A stretch of 58,765 bases of DNA, counting the filler, from Jimgerdemannia flammicorona (taxonomy: Eukaryota), in the NCBI GenBank assembly GCA_003990765.1. It is 2 parts of 2 records of this genome, joined end to end, with 100 filler letters (N's around TTAATTAATTAA, not from the genome) between each part and the next. Parts side by side here need not be neighbours in the genome. Positions count along the whole stretch, not along the records: positions 29,434 to 58,765 come from RBNJ01000505.1; 1 more part is not named here. One strand, written 5' to 3'. Positions within the stretch are counted from its first letter, which is position 1; each line of letters starts with the position of its first letter. Under the pieces are notes generated by a model. It was not told the origin of the DNA and searched no databases. It worked only from the letters and a program-made list of their open reading frames with translations. The position numbers were made by a program, and so were the translations under genes. Positions 39,658 to 51,405 of this stretch are shown here, in pieces.

Positions 39658-42600
39658 TTTGTCATCACTTTCTTCTGATTCTGATTCAGGTCCAGATTCT
39701 GATTCTAATTCACTTTCTGAGCTGTCACTGGAGATGGGGGTGCTTGGGTATCCTGAGGATGGTGTTCTGGATCTTGGATAAAGTAGAATGAACCTAGGTA
39801 TTCTTGTGGGAGCTACTTCCAACTCTGCAAGGGCTTGTGGTAAAGGTTCTATTGGTGAGATTGATAGAACTGGTATGGGGTATCTGGCTGTAAGATCTCA
39901 GACTTGTGTAATAAGATCTTCTAGTTCTTGTGCAAGTTTTTCAAAATCTCCAACAGGGCTGCTTGTGTTGTCTGGTTGATCTGGTTGGGGATTTTGGGCT
40001 GTCCTGTCTTCTGGTTCTGGTTGAGATCCTTCTAATTCTGGGTAGTTGGCAAGTCTTGATGTAATTACTTCTCTTCCTGTCCAGATGCTGGTAATAACTG
40101 GTTCTCCTGTAGTGGCAGAGATTGGTGTTGTATCAAATGTATCCAGTTTGACTCTGGGTTCTTGTGAGCTGAAAAGATGTCAATTTTAAAATCTTCCCAG
40201 TTAAGCCTCCAAATGTAACATGGCTGGCTCAATGGAGGCAAATTACAAGGTTGGGGGTTGATGTAGTTTGGCTTGAGCTCCCAGTTACTTTGTCAAAAAT
40301 CAATAAAATATTCTAATATTCCTGAGGTCCTTGTTGGTGTTTAGTGGTATAATAGTCAAAACTGGATATCTGCAAATTTGTGTGTCGATTTCCTAATTGG
40401 GACAGTTCTCTGGGTATAGCAGTGATTTGTATGTCTTTTCCTTCTTGGGTCAACTGGGAATTAGTAGGATTTTATATATAGTGTGATAATCTCCAAAAGT
40501 ATGTAATTTCTGGCAGATAGTTTGATTTGGCACAGCTTCTCCAAAAGCAGCAGGCTTCTTGAATGTTATGGATTCTTCATACTGGGAATTATATTGGTGG
40601 TAGATAACTCAATAACTCAGACTCACTAGAAACAACAAATAACTTGGATGTCATGAATAATTCTAATAACTCGGGTAATTCAGATAACTTGGATGGCACA
40701 GATTCTTCCGAATCAGGCTCTTCTGGGAATAATAACTTGTTGACTTGATTTCTTCTGAATTGGCAGGCTTCAACTAGAAATATAGCTAACTTGGAAATGG
40801 TGGCTTCAACTGGGAATACTACTCAGATATTGTGGATTCTTCCTAAATCAGCAACTTCAACTAGAAAACATGCCAGCAGCTTCTTGGAAAGGATCTCTTA
40901 GCAAAGTTGTGTCAAAGACTGACTTCATTTGTGTGAATAGATTACTGCAAAGTTGCATTAAGAGACTGGCTTATGGCAAGAATAGGTGGGCTCTCTGGGA
41001 ATGCAACAAATAACTCAAAGGGCAGTGAAGTTCTCCTTGAACTTGGTGGCAAACTCAGATTCTTCAGGCTTAGTCTGGCAAGTATACCAATAATTCCAAA
41101 GGTGGCAAAGTTCTTTCTTGAACTTTGGCAGCAAATCTTCAGCTTTGTATCAGAAAGTGGACTGGAGTGGGAAAATAATCTCACAATCTCCTAGCAGTGG
41201 CTGTAGAGTTCCTCTCAAAGTGTGGTAGACAGACTTGTCTTTTGCTTCAATTTCAGACTGAGGTTTATTCACTCTTGTCTCTGGGGTAATTTATATATTG
41301 TGGTTGCTATCTGATTGCTATAGCTAACTATAGATTTACTACTTCTGGTAATGTTTGGGTGTATCCTCTGGGTACAGGTGTGTCCACAGGACATGAGTGT
41401 GTCTGCAGGACATGAGTGTGTCTGCAGGATATAAGTGTGTCCACTAGACAAAGGTGTGTCCTCAAGATACAGATAAACAACCCTGATCTGGTATTCTGGC
41501 TAATTATAAGTATGGCAGGCATAAGTAACTATGATATACTAGAAGTCATATCATGCTGGGTAAGTATGTTAATTGTTTGCATCATCTGACTAAGTTATAA
41601 TTCAGGTGGTATGTTTTGATTTATTATAGTATTTACTTAAAACAGATGGATTATTTGAATATATACATAAATAGAACTCTTAAACAGATGCTCAGAAACT
41701 ATATTTTTTATAAGTAAGATAATTATGATCACTATTTGATCTATGTAAAATTTGGGTATAAAAATATAGTCCAATTATATATCTACTAGCTTATTTTCCT
41801 TTTAGCTACTTTATAGTCAAGACTCAAAGACTTCTATAAGTCTCCTTTTTAGAAAAGTAGTTAAATATAAGTCTCTACTATTAAGAATCTTATTAATAAA
41901 ATAGATGAGCTACTCAAGATTACTATTATAAATCTACAGAAGACTCAATAGTATCAAGCTAAGTATACTGATAAGAAATGTTATAATATACTATTATTAA
42001 TTAAGTTCTTTTATATATCAAAAAAAGATATAATTACAAATCAATTACTTATCAAACAAATCTAAGTTTATTAAACCTTTTGAGATTATAGAACAAGTCT
42101 TTATATCCTTCTACGGCCTCAAGCTATTTGAAACTATATAAATATATTCAGTATTCTATATATCTTATCTCAAGATCTGGAATCAGTCACTATCTTACTT
42201 TGGTAAAATTTCCAATCTTCTATTTCAGTAATTATTAAAAACTATATTGAGAATAATAGCTAAACAATCAGATAAAAATAATCTTGAGCTCATTCTTCAT
42301 ACCTAGAGTTCAATAGTCTATTTCATTTACTCTAGAATTATATTAAAATATATATACTGTAATGTGCCAGCTCGATGGAGGCAAATTACAAGGTGGGGGT
42401 TGATGTAGTTTGGCTTAAGCCCCCAGTTACTTTGTCAAAAGCAACAAAATGTTCTAAAATTCCTGAGATCCTTGGTGTTTAACAGTATAATAGTCAAGAT
42501 CTGGATACTGTGCAAGTGGTTTCCTTTTTGGGACAGGTTCTTGGGTGTAGTGATGATTTGTGTGTGAATGGACTTCCTTCTTGAGTCAACTGGGAATGGC

Positions 42601-43840
42601 AGAATTTGTGTAGCGAGACGATCTCCAAAAGTATGCAATTTCTGGGTGTGACGGTCTGGCAATTTAGCGGTTCTCCTTCTTGGGTGACGATCTCTGATTT
42701 CTGTGTGACGATCTCTTGTGTAGCATGGTGGGTTCCTTATGCGGATGTTCTGATAATTCAGCGGATAACTCAATTTGGCTCACTGGGAATCGTATGGCAT
42801 AGATTCTTCTATACCGGGCTCACTGGGAATGTAGATAACTTGAAAGTAGTGGACGATGTAGATTTGGTGGGCTTCTTGAAAACGGTGGCTTAACTGGGAA
42901 TTAACTTGGATGGTGCGGACTCTTCTAAATCGGTGGCTTCAACTGGGAATACGGCAGATAGCTTAGAAATGGCGGGTGATGCAGATTCTTCCTGAATCGG
43001 CAGGCTCTAACTGGGAAATGGGATGGCGTGAATTCTTCCTGAATTGGTGGGCTCCAACTGGGAATACGAACAACTGGTGGCGTTCTTTGGGAAAGGGTCT
43101 CTTGGCAAAGTTATGTCAAAGACTGGCTTCGTTTGTGCAACAAATCACTGCGAAGTTGTGTCAGAAACTGGCTTGAGCAAGGCGGCTTTCTTGGGAAGGC
43201 AGAGGATAGGGTTCTTCAGGCTTATCTGGCAAGTGTACCAATAGCACAGCTTATTCCTTTAAGCGGCGGGTTCTTCAAAAGGTGGCGAAGTTCTCCTTGA
43301 ACTTAGGTGGCAAATCTTCAGACTTATCTGGCAAGTGAACCAAAAATGTAACAAACTCTTCTTTGTATCAGAAAGTGGACCAGAGTGGGAATAAGGGGAC
43401 CAATTGCTCAATCTTTAGAGGCTTCTTTGGTTTGTACTTCAATTCAGACTGAGGTTTTATTCACTCTCGCCTCTGGGTTAATTTATACAAGTTGGTTGCT
43501 ATCTGGTTACTATGTGGCTAACTATAGATTTGCTATCTTCAATAATGTTTGGGTGTGTCCTCTGGGTACAGGTGTGTCTGCAGAACATGAGTGTGTCTGC
43601 CAGACATGAGTGTGTCTGCAGGACATGAGTGTGTCCTCAGGACACAGGTAAACAATCCTGATCTGATGTCTTGGCTAATTATAAGTGTGGTGGACATGAG
43701 TAACTATGATACTGGAAGTCACATCATGCTGGGTAAGTATGCTAATTGTTTGCATCATCTGGCTAAGTTATAATTCAGGTGGTATGTTTTGGTCTGTTAC
43801 ATCAGCCCCCACTGAAGGGTAGTCTGTTCCAGACTATTCT

Positions 43841-44350
43841 TCAGTCATCATCCCAATAGGCATAAGCAGCTTCTGCATCTATACCTGTTCCATTATCATC
43901 TGAGCTGTGGTCACTCCATCTCAGGGGCTCTTCTTCTTCCTCAGGAAATAGGGTCTCCACTTGGTGAATAATGCTGAAGTAGGTGGGTAGTGTTATCCTT
44001 TGGAGGTCATTCAGGGAAAACTGGGCCGGGACTAAGGCAGAAGGATTTCGTTTATATATAGTGTATAGTCTGTCTGCAGCAGTAGTGTTCCTTCTGTTCA
44101 GGCCAGTGGTGTTTCAGACATAGACTAGGTCTGGAAGAGGGAGATTCTGCAATTGTTCTCCAATTGTATAATATGCCTGCAGCTGGTGGACTTGGAGTAG
44201 CCTCTCGGCCAAAGTGAGGTTCTCTTGATGAACTTGGATTCTCGGAAGATAGGTTCCATTGGGTTCCTGGAACTGAGGCAGGGGAACTGGTAGGGCTTGG
44301 AGGGAACTGAGAACAAGAGTTTGGAGGTGGTTGTCAATTCTCTGATTCAT
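43841..44350 (-). pseudogene. Family B accessory ORF3 (169 aa, one internal TGA)
   Basis: MNQRIDNHLQTLVLSSLQALPVPLPQFQEPNGTYLPRIQVHQENLTLAERLLQVHQLQAYYTIGEQLQNLPLPDLVYV*NTTGLNRRNTTAADRLYTIYKRNPSALVPAQFSLNDLQRITLPTYFSIIHQVETLFPEEEEEPLRWSDHSSDDNGTGIDAEAAYAYWDDD*; its ATG overlaps the last codons of integrase in another frame. Confidence 0.85.
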
Positions 44351-47300
44351 GGTGTGAGAAGAAGTATATCTTGAGGCAATTGATGTGTACTGGTGTTTTC
44401 AGGGTTCGCCCATCCATGCTTCTTAAATAGATGCTAGTTCCTCTGATGTTGTGCACAAGATAAGGTCCTTCCTATTTTGGTTCCAGTTTGGTGGCAAAGT
44501 TTGTCTCAATCATGCTTCTCCAAACTAGGACTTGATCTCCAATCTTGATCTCCTGATCCTTCTGTTTTTGGTTATAGTACTTCTTTTGTCTTTTCTGGGC
44601 TTTGATAATCTGTCCTTGGGCTTGATTTTGTAACTGTTCTGCCTTCTTCAGGAGGTCCCCGAGATTCTCATGGTCAGCAGTTCTGGTTTTCTTGGCAAAC
44701 ATCATTTCAAATGGCTTTTTTTTGGTGGATGTGGCAGGGGTATTCCGAATTTCCCATAGGATCTCAGGTAAGCAGAGGTCCCAATTAATAGGGTTGACTT
44801 GGGCAAGTCCTTTCTTGATGGTCTGGTTCATTCTTTCTGTCATGCCATTGGTCTGGGGGTGGTATGATGTGGTCCTTTTGAGGTGGATCTTGTGAATTCA
44901 GGCATAACTTGTGATTATATTGTTGATGAATTCTGTGCCTTGGTTGGAGATGAGTTTCTCTGGAGGTCCATATCTGAGTGTGAGTTCATGGAGGAGGCCT
45001 ACAATGGTTAAGGCATCTGTGATTTCCATTGGGAAAGCCTCAGGCCACTTGGTCAGATGTTCTACAAATACAAGAATGTATTTGTTTCTTCTTGGTGTAA
45101 CTGGTAGAGGTCCAATTACATCTACTCCCCATCTTTGAAAGATGTAAGTGGGTGGGGGAATCAGTTGCAGAGGGGCTTGATAGTTCTTCTTTCCTTGGTA
45201 CTTCTGGCAGATGTCACATTTCTGAATGATTTCTCGGACTTGAGTTCTGAGGTGGGGCCAATGTTGATATTGTTTTCGAATCCTGTCTTCTATGCTTGTC
45301 TGTCCTTGGTGGGCTTTCTGATGTTCTTTTCGAATGAGATCTTCTTGTGCTTTGATAGTCGGAGGAGCTTCCTTTATAGTGTGGTTCCTTGGGACACCCT
45401 TCGTCTGATTCATTGGGGCTGGTGGGAAAGTACATCAACATTGTTGTGGGCTTTCCCTGCTTTGTGAATGATGGTGATTTTGTAATCCTGAAGGATAAGG
45501 ATCCAGTGGGCTAGAATTCTGGCAGATTCCTTGTAGTTGAATAGCCATTTGAGGGCTGCATGGTCTGTGATCAGGATGAACCTTTTTCTGATAAGATAAT
45601 ACTTGAACAGGGTGACCACCCATATGACTGCAAGGCATTCCAGTTTGGTGCTACCATAGTTCATCTGCTGCTGGTTGGTGGCTCTGCTTGCATAAGCTAT
45701 CACATGGTGCTGTTGGTCAGGTCCTTCTTGGGCTAGAACTGCTCCTAGGCCATCTTTGGAAGCATCTGTATACAAGATGAATGGCTTCTGTAGATTGGGG
45801 CGCACAAGGATTGGTGCTGTAGTCATGCAGTTCTTGAGTTCTCTGAAGGCTCTTTCCTGTGATTCTGTCCATTTGAATGTCATCCCTTTCTTGAGAAGGA
45901 TTTGGATTGGGGCAGTGATTTGGGCAAAATCCTTGATGAACCTTCTGTAGTAGGATACTAGCATCAGAAATGATAGTGTTTCTTTTGGAGTCTTGGGTAC
46001 TGGCCAATTGTTGATCTTCTTGGTTTTCTTTGGGTCTGCATGAGTTCCTTCTTTTGAGACTACAAATCCCAGGAATTCGAGTTTCTGTTTTCCAAAGTAG
46101 CATTTCTTTGCATTCAGTCTCAAGTGATTCTTGTGGGTGAGCTTGAAGAATTCCTCTAGGTAGTGCAGGTGTTCTTCGAAATTTGCTGAATAGATGTTGG
46201 AATCATCCATATATACAATCAGACAGTAGTGGATCAAGGGGGCATAGACCAAATTCATCATCCTCTGGAAGGTGGGAGGTGCATTGCAAAGTCCAAAGGG
46301 CATTTGGAGGTATTCAAACAGTTTTCCTAGAGCAAGGAAAGCTGGCTTTTGAATGTCCTTGGGGTCCATGGGGATCTTGTGGAATCCTGCAAAGAGGTCC
46401 ATACTGCTGAAGTATCTGGCATCTTGTAACTGGTCCAAAAGGTCATCGATTCTGGGCAGAGGATAAGCATCCTTTTCAGTGACTGAGTTGAGTTTTCTGT
46501 AATCCACACAGAGTCTCCATCCTCCTTTCTTTGGTACAATAAGTATAGGACTGGCCCTGGGGCTGGTAGAGGGTTGGATGACTCTATTGTCTAAGAGTTC
46601 TTAGATGTGCTCTTTTTCAAATGTTTTCAAGTAATGGGGTATTCTATAGGGTTTCTGCTGGATGGGTATTGCACTTCCTGTATTTATGCTGTGGTGATAT
46701 GATGGGTTGTATGGCAGGTTACCATAATCAGTGGTGAAGATATCTTGATATTTGTTGAGAAGTTCTACTAGTTGTTGCTGTTGTTGAGTTGTCAATTCTT
46801 CTCCAATGTTGGTGGAAGGCTTCACTGTTTCCTGGGTCGCAGAGGGGCCTTCCCTTTCTTCTGAGACCTTTTGCCATTTCCTGATAGATTTAGTTCATAA
46901 ACTTCCCTATGAGTTCGGTTAAGAAAAGGCACCAGATGTCCTATGATGGTTCCTTTTGGCAGGATGATGGTCTCCCAACTTTGGTTGGTTGCTCAGGAGT
47001 GTACTGGGTTCATCTTGTCAGGGAATGTGTGTCCCTCTATGTCTAGGTGTGGGATATCTTCCTTAGGTTCAAAGAAAAGGTTTCTGGGGTCAGGTGGTGC
47101 AAAGATTTCGAAAGTAGTTTGTTCTCCAGGCTCCAGGATGAGATTCTTGTGTAGTCTGACTGGTTGCTGGTATACTTGCTGGGGAACATTCCTCTTGAGG
47201 TGGTTGACTTGAAGGAGGTATACCTCTTTCCTGTCTGAACTTCCAAATCCCTTGGCTTGTCTTGTTCCTTCAGTTAGTTCAGAAACTTCCTGTAACCATG

Positions 47301-50300
47301 GGGTCTTGACCTTCATGAAGACTGCTTGGGCAATCTTCTGTTCTCTAATGATTCGGTGCCATTCTGCACTGCTGTTGTGTAGGATAACCTTGATTTCACC
47401 TGTATATCCAGGGTCAATGGTTCCTCCTTCTACAGTTATCCCTTGTCTGGCAAGTCTGGACCTTGAGGTTAGTTGAATATAAGCTCCTTGAGGTGGCTGC
47501 ATGGCTAATCCGGTTCTGACCATGAAGGTTTTTCCAGGCTTGATAGATTCATCCTCCAGGCTGTGAAGATCATATCCTACATCCTCTGGGTGGGCTTTGG
47601 TTGGGGGTTGGCCTTAGGGTGCAGCAGGGCATACTGGGCAATATCCTTACTGAGTTCAGGCTTTCCTAAGGCTGAAGCTCCACTAGCAGAAAGTCTCCAA
47701 GCTCTAAGGTTGAGGTGTGGCCACCTGGCTCCAGTGGAGGGGTCTCGGAGGTAATTGATTCCCCTCCTTCCTGTAGGGTCAAGGGCTTCCATGAAGTTGG
47801 TGGCATCTTCTGCCCATCCTTGGCAGGTTATATGTCTGATGAGAGCTAGGATGTCTTCTCCCAAATCGTAGATCTTGAGGATTCTTTTTCCAGACTTCTT
47901 GGTCTGGCTTTTTTGAATCTGACTTTTTCGGATCTGGCTTCAGTTATCTCCTTTCTTCTAGGTGTGTACTGCAACATCATGACTGAGGTGAATCTTCTGA
48001 TGTCTGCAGTTGTGGCAATCAGGATATCTCCCATGGTTGCAAAATCCCATTGCTTGGAAATGATGTTCCCGGCTATTTATTTCTTGTTGTCTGGGGAATC
48101 GGTACCCATCTTGGTCATAGGTTGGGGGAAGGGTAGACAAGGGGTATATTTCTGTTCAGGTAAAGAAGCCTTGTCCCCTAAATCGACTTTGTAATCTTGT
48201 GGTGACTTCTTGGAAGGTGGTAGACTGTGCAAGAGTAGTTGGGGGTTCTGGTCTCTGGGGTCACTGTCTTTCTTGTTGGTCCAACAGATGACACTGATAG
48301 CAGTAGTCTCAGGGAGAGTGGAAGACCATTTGATGTGGACATCTTCCTAGCTGAAAAGCTTTCTCTTGGTGGGTTTCTTTCTTGGGGATAATGGTGATAG
48401 TACTTGGTCTTTCCTCTATATTCCAGGGGTCATTGTCTTCAGGTGGTGTCCAGCGAGGGTCATCCCAGGGGATGAGTTCAGGGACTTCTTCTTCATTAGG
48501 TGCTTCTCATTCAGGAACTTCTTGGTCGGAAGTTTCTTCTTCCTCAGATGATTCTTGACCCCAAATTGCTTGTACTTCTGCAGCCTTGGTTGCAGGTGTT
48601 TCTGGGATATATCTGCATTTCTTCTTCTTCTTTCTGCACTCTGGGCAGGCTGTGCCAGGTGATTTCCTTGTTCCCATGATCTTGGAGGAGTGCTCGGGAC
48701 ACTTGTGTCTCTTGAGGCATGTAGGGCATTCTTTGGCTTCTCCTGCAATGGCTCCAATGGTGATAGGGATAGTGTTTTTGGCCCACACATTGTCTTCTGG
48801 TCTGTCATCCACCAGATTGATTCAGGGATTGAGTCTGGGATCATTTCCATCTTCAGATTCTTCCTCTTCTTCTGTGGTGGATTCTTCACTGCTGGCATAT
48901 TCTTCCTGAATAGTGACCTTCTTTTTCTTCTTTGATTGCTCATAGCTGGTCACCTTAACTCTATACTTCTTACCTCGATAGTCAAACTTGAGTACTTGTT
49001 GGCTGATATCAACAACTGCATTCATTTCCTTCATCCAGTTGGTGCCAAGAATCATGTCATAGGTGACAGCTTCAGTGACAACAGCTTTGGGGATAGAGAA
49101 CTGAATGTGTCCAAGGGAGATGGTGATATTTCGTACTTCTCCAAGGGGTTGAGTTCGGGCTCCATCTGCTACTATGATGCTGAGGTTGGATGCTCCATCA
49201 ATGGGCTATTGGAGGGTGTCCAAAAATCATTTGGCAATGACACAGACAGCTGCTCCTGGATCCATGAGGATTTTTGCTTTTTGTCCTCCAATGTCTCCAT
49301 GTAAGTAAGTGCTGATGTGTCTTTCAGCTGCTTGGACAGGGATGGAGGCTGGTTCTTGCTGTGGGATTGGAACTTGGCCAGTGCTAGACCTGGTGGTTCT
49401 CAGCAATTTGTTTCGGACTCCAGCTAGTGTCAATTGCAAGAACTGCAGGAGGGGGACTTCCATCTTGGCCTCTTGAATCTTCTGCCAAGCTTCATTGTAA
49501 ATGTCTCTAGGCATGGTCTTCGGAGTATACTTTTTCTTGAGCTTTGTAGCAGCAGGTTCCTGTTCTTCTTGTTCCATTTCTTCATCTTCTGGTGGCAACT
49601 CATTTGTCTCAGGGACAAAAGGTGAGGGGGTTCGGGGGGGTGTTTCAACTTGTTCCTCCTCATGCTCTTCATCTTCTTCTTGAATAATTCTTCTGCTGAT
49701 GTTCCTGAATGGTCTTCCCACAGGTCTCTTTCTTTTTTCTGCTGGGTAGACTGTCTTTTGGATGGTAACCTTGGTAGGGTACAAGTCTAGGTCACTGTAG
49801 TCTTCACTGTTGCTTGCTTCCTCGAAATCTTCAACAGAATGGGCTTCAGTCTTCTTGTACTGGGTGTCATTCCTTTGGTTTGGTGGTTCTGAGTCCCTTC
49901 GGTCACTTCTTTTGTTGTCACATTCAGTGGCGTAGTGTCCGTATTGTCCACAGTAGAAGCATTGGACATGGGCTCTGTCTTGGGCAGGGTACCTTCTTTC
50001 TTCTTGCTGGTAATTCCTGTTATCTCTTGGTAGATGACCTTGGCTCCTCTGTGCTGGGTATCCTCTGTTGTCTTGGTAGCTCTGATTTTCGCATGTAGTG
50101 AGTTTTTCAATCTGGCCAACCAATCGATCTAACTTGGAGCTGAGGTCTTGGATTTCACTTCTGTCCTTCTTTCCTTCCTTGACTGGCCTTCTTTCCTCAG
50201 ATCTTTCTTATCCCTGAAGGAGTCCTTGTAGGGCTTTGACCAGGATATCTTCCATATCTTCCTTTTTGTCATGATCACTCCAGGTAGTTCCTTGCCTGAC

Positions 50301-50822
50301 ATCAAAGAATCCTTGGGCTGCATCTACTTGCTCTTCAGACCTTCTGATGCCTAGGGTGCGGATATGCTGGGCAATGTTTGGAGGAATTCCATTCATGAAG
50401 GTCATTGGACCTATGATGTCTTGGTTGGTGGCATTGAACCTGGCAGAATGCATTCTCTTCTGGATTCTTGTGAAGAAGGCCCTGGGTGATTCTCCAAGAT
50501 TCATCTTCATCTCCATGATGGATTCCTGAGCCTTGTGGCAGGTTTCATTTCCTGCATACTTTTCGATGAGCCAGTGGACCATGGCCTCATATTCTAGCTC
50601 ATCAGACATTGCTGCTTGTATCTGTCTTGCTAGTTCTGAATCTTGGTTTTTTGCTGTTTGATGGAAAATTCCTCTGGCTGGTTCTTTGAGCTGGGCTTTA
50701 TAGATGGCTATTTTTCTTTCATCTGAGAGGTTTCTCAAGGCTGCAATTCCTTCAATTCCATCAAGGAATTCTCTGGGGTCCTCCTCCAAGTATCCTGCAA
50801 AGGTTGGCAATGAGGTGGCCAT
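44334..50822 (-). pseudogene. Family B copy 2 Gag-PR-Cys cluster-dUTPase-RT-RNaseH-IN polyprotein
   Basis: CFYCGQYGHYATEC knuckle; PR ILMDPGAA; RT DYRKLN..YPLPRID..MPFGLCNAP..YMDD; RNase H YTDASKDGLGAVL; IN HHCC and DVIGPLP; GPY module; no chromodomain. The frame stays open for ~180 codons upstream of 50822. Confidence 0.93.
47236..47640 (-). pseudogene. dut: dUTPase domain between protease and RT (family B copy 2)
   Basis: VGYDL, TSRSRLA (RSGLA in copy 1), GGTIDPGYTGEI, KIAQA, RQAKGFGSS. Confidence 0.93.
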
Positions 50823-51387
50823 TTCATCATCACTTTCCTCTGATTCTGGTTCAGGTTCGGATTTGGATTCTGATTTGCTTTCTGAACTGTCACTAGAGAC
50901 AGGGGTGCTTGGGTATCTTGAAGATGGTGTTCTGGTCCTTGGGTGAGGTGGAATAGGCCTAGGTATTCTTGTAAGAGCTACTTCTGGTTCTGCAAGAGAT
51001 TGTGGTAGGGGTTCTATTGGTGAGATTGGTGGGACTGGTGTGGGGTGTCTGGCTGCAAAGTGTTGGGTCTGAGTAATAAAGTCTTCTAGTTCTTGTGCAA
51101 GTTCTCCAAAATCTCTGGCAGGGCTGCCTGTATTATCTGGTTGATCTGGTTGATCTGGTTGATCTGGTTGATCTGGTTGGGGATTTCGGGCTGTACTGCC
51201 TCCTGCTTCTGGTTGGGATCCTTCTGATGCTGGGTAGTTGGCAAGTCTTGAGGTGATTACTTCTCTTCCTGTCCAAATACTAGTGATGACTGGTTCTCCT
51301 GTAGTGGCAGAGGTTGGTGTTGTATCAAATGTATCCAGTTTGACTGTGGGTTCTTGTGAGCTGAAAAGTCACATCGATTTTGAAATC

Positions 51388-51405
51388 TTCCCAGTTGAGC
51401 CCCCA
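51388..51405 (-). promoter_or_regulatory. Primer-binding site, tRNA-Pro-like
   Basis: TGGGGGCTCAACTGGGAA two bases after the 5' LTR; the first 9 nt match the classical tRNA-Pro PBS TGGGGGCTC. Decayed copy at 40194-40211. Confidence 0.65.

Larger units (their letters stand above)
31210..41628 (-). mobile_element. Ty3/gypsy LTR retrotransposon, family B copy 1, full length, decayed
   Basis: LTRs 31210-32722 (3') and 40214-41628 (5'); 4-bp TSD GTAT at 31206-31209 and 41629-41632; gag, PR, dUTPase, RT, RNase H, IN and ORF3 remnants. Confidence 0.95.
31135..42230 (+). pseudogene. Ancient Ty3/gypsy integrase relic split by family B copy 1 (pieces ~31135-31209 and ~41633-42230)
   Basis: Left piece QDFKFINHFWQALFNILGTQIT; right piece KTDG...NRTLKQMLRNY. 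The two motifs join across the GTAT TSD. Confidence 0.7.

Noticed and set aside
43841..44350. ORF3 as a retroviral env gene
   Set aside because: Too short; no signal peptide, furin site or transmembrane segment.
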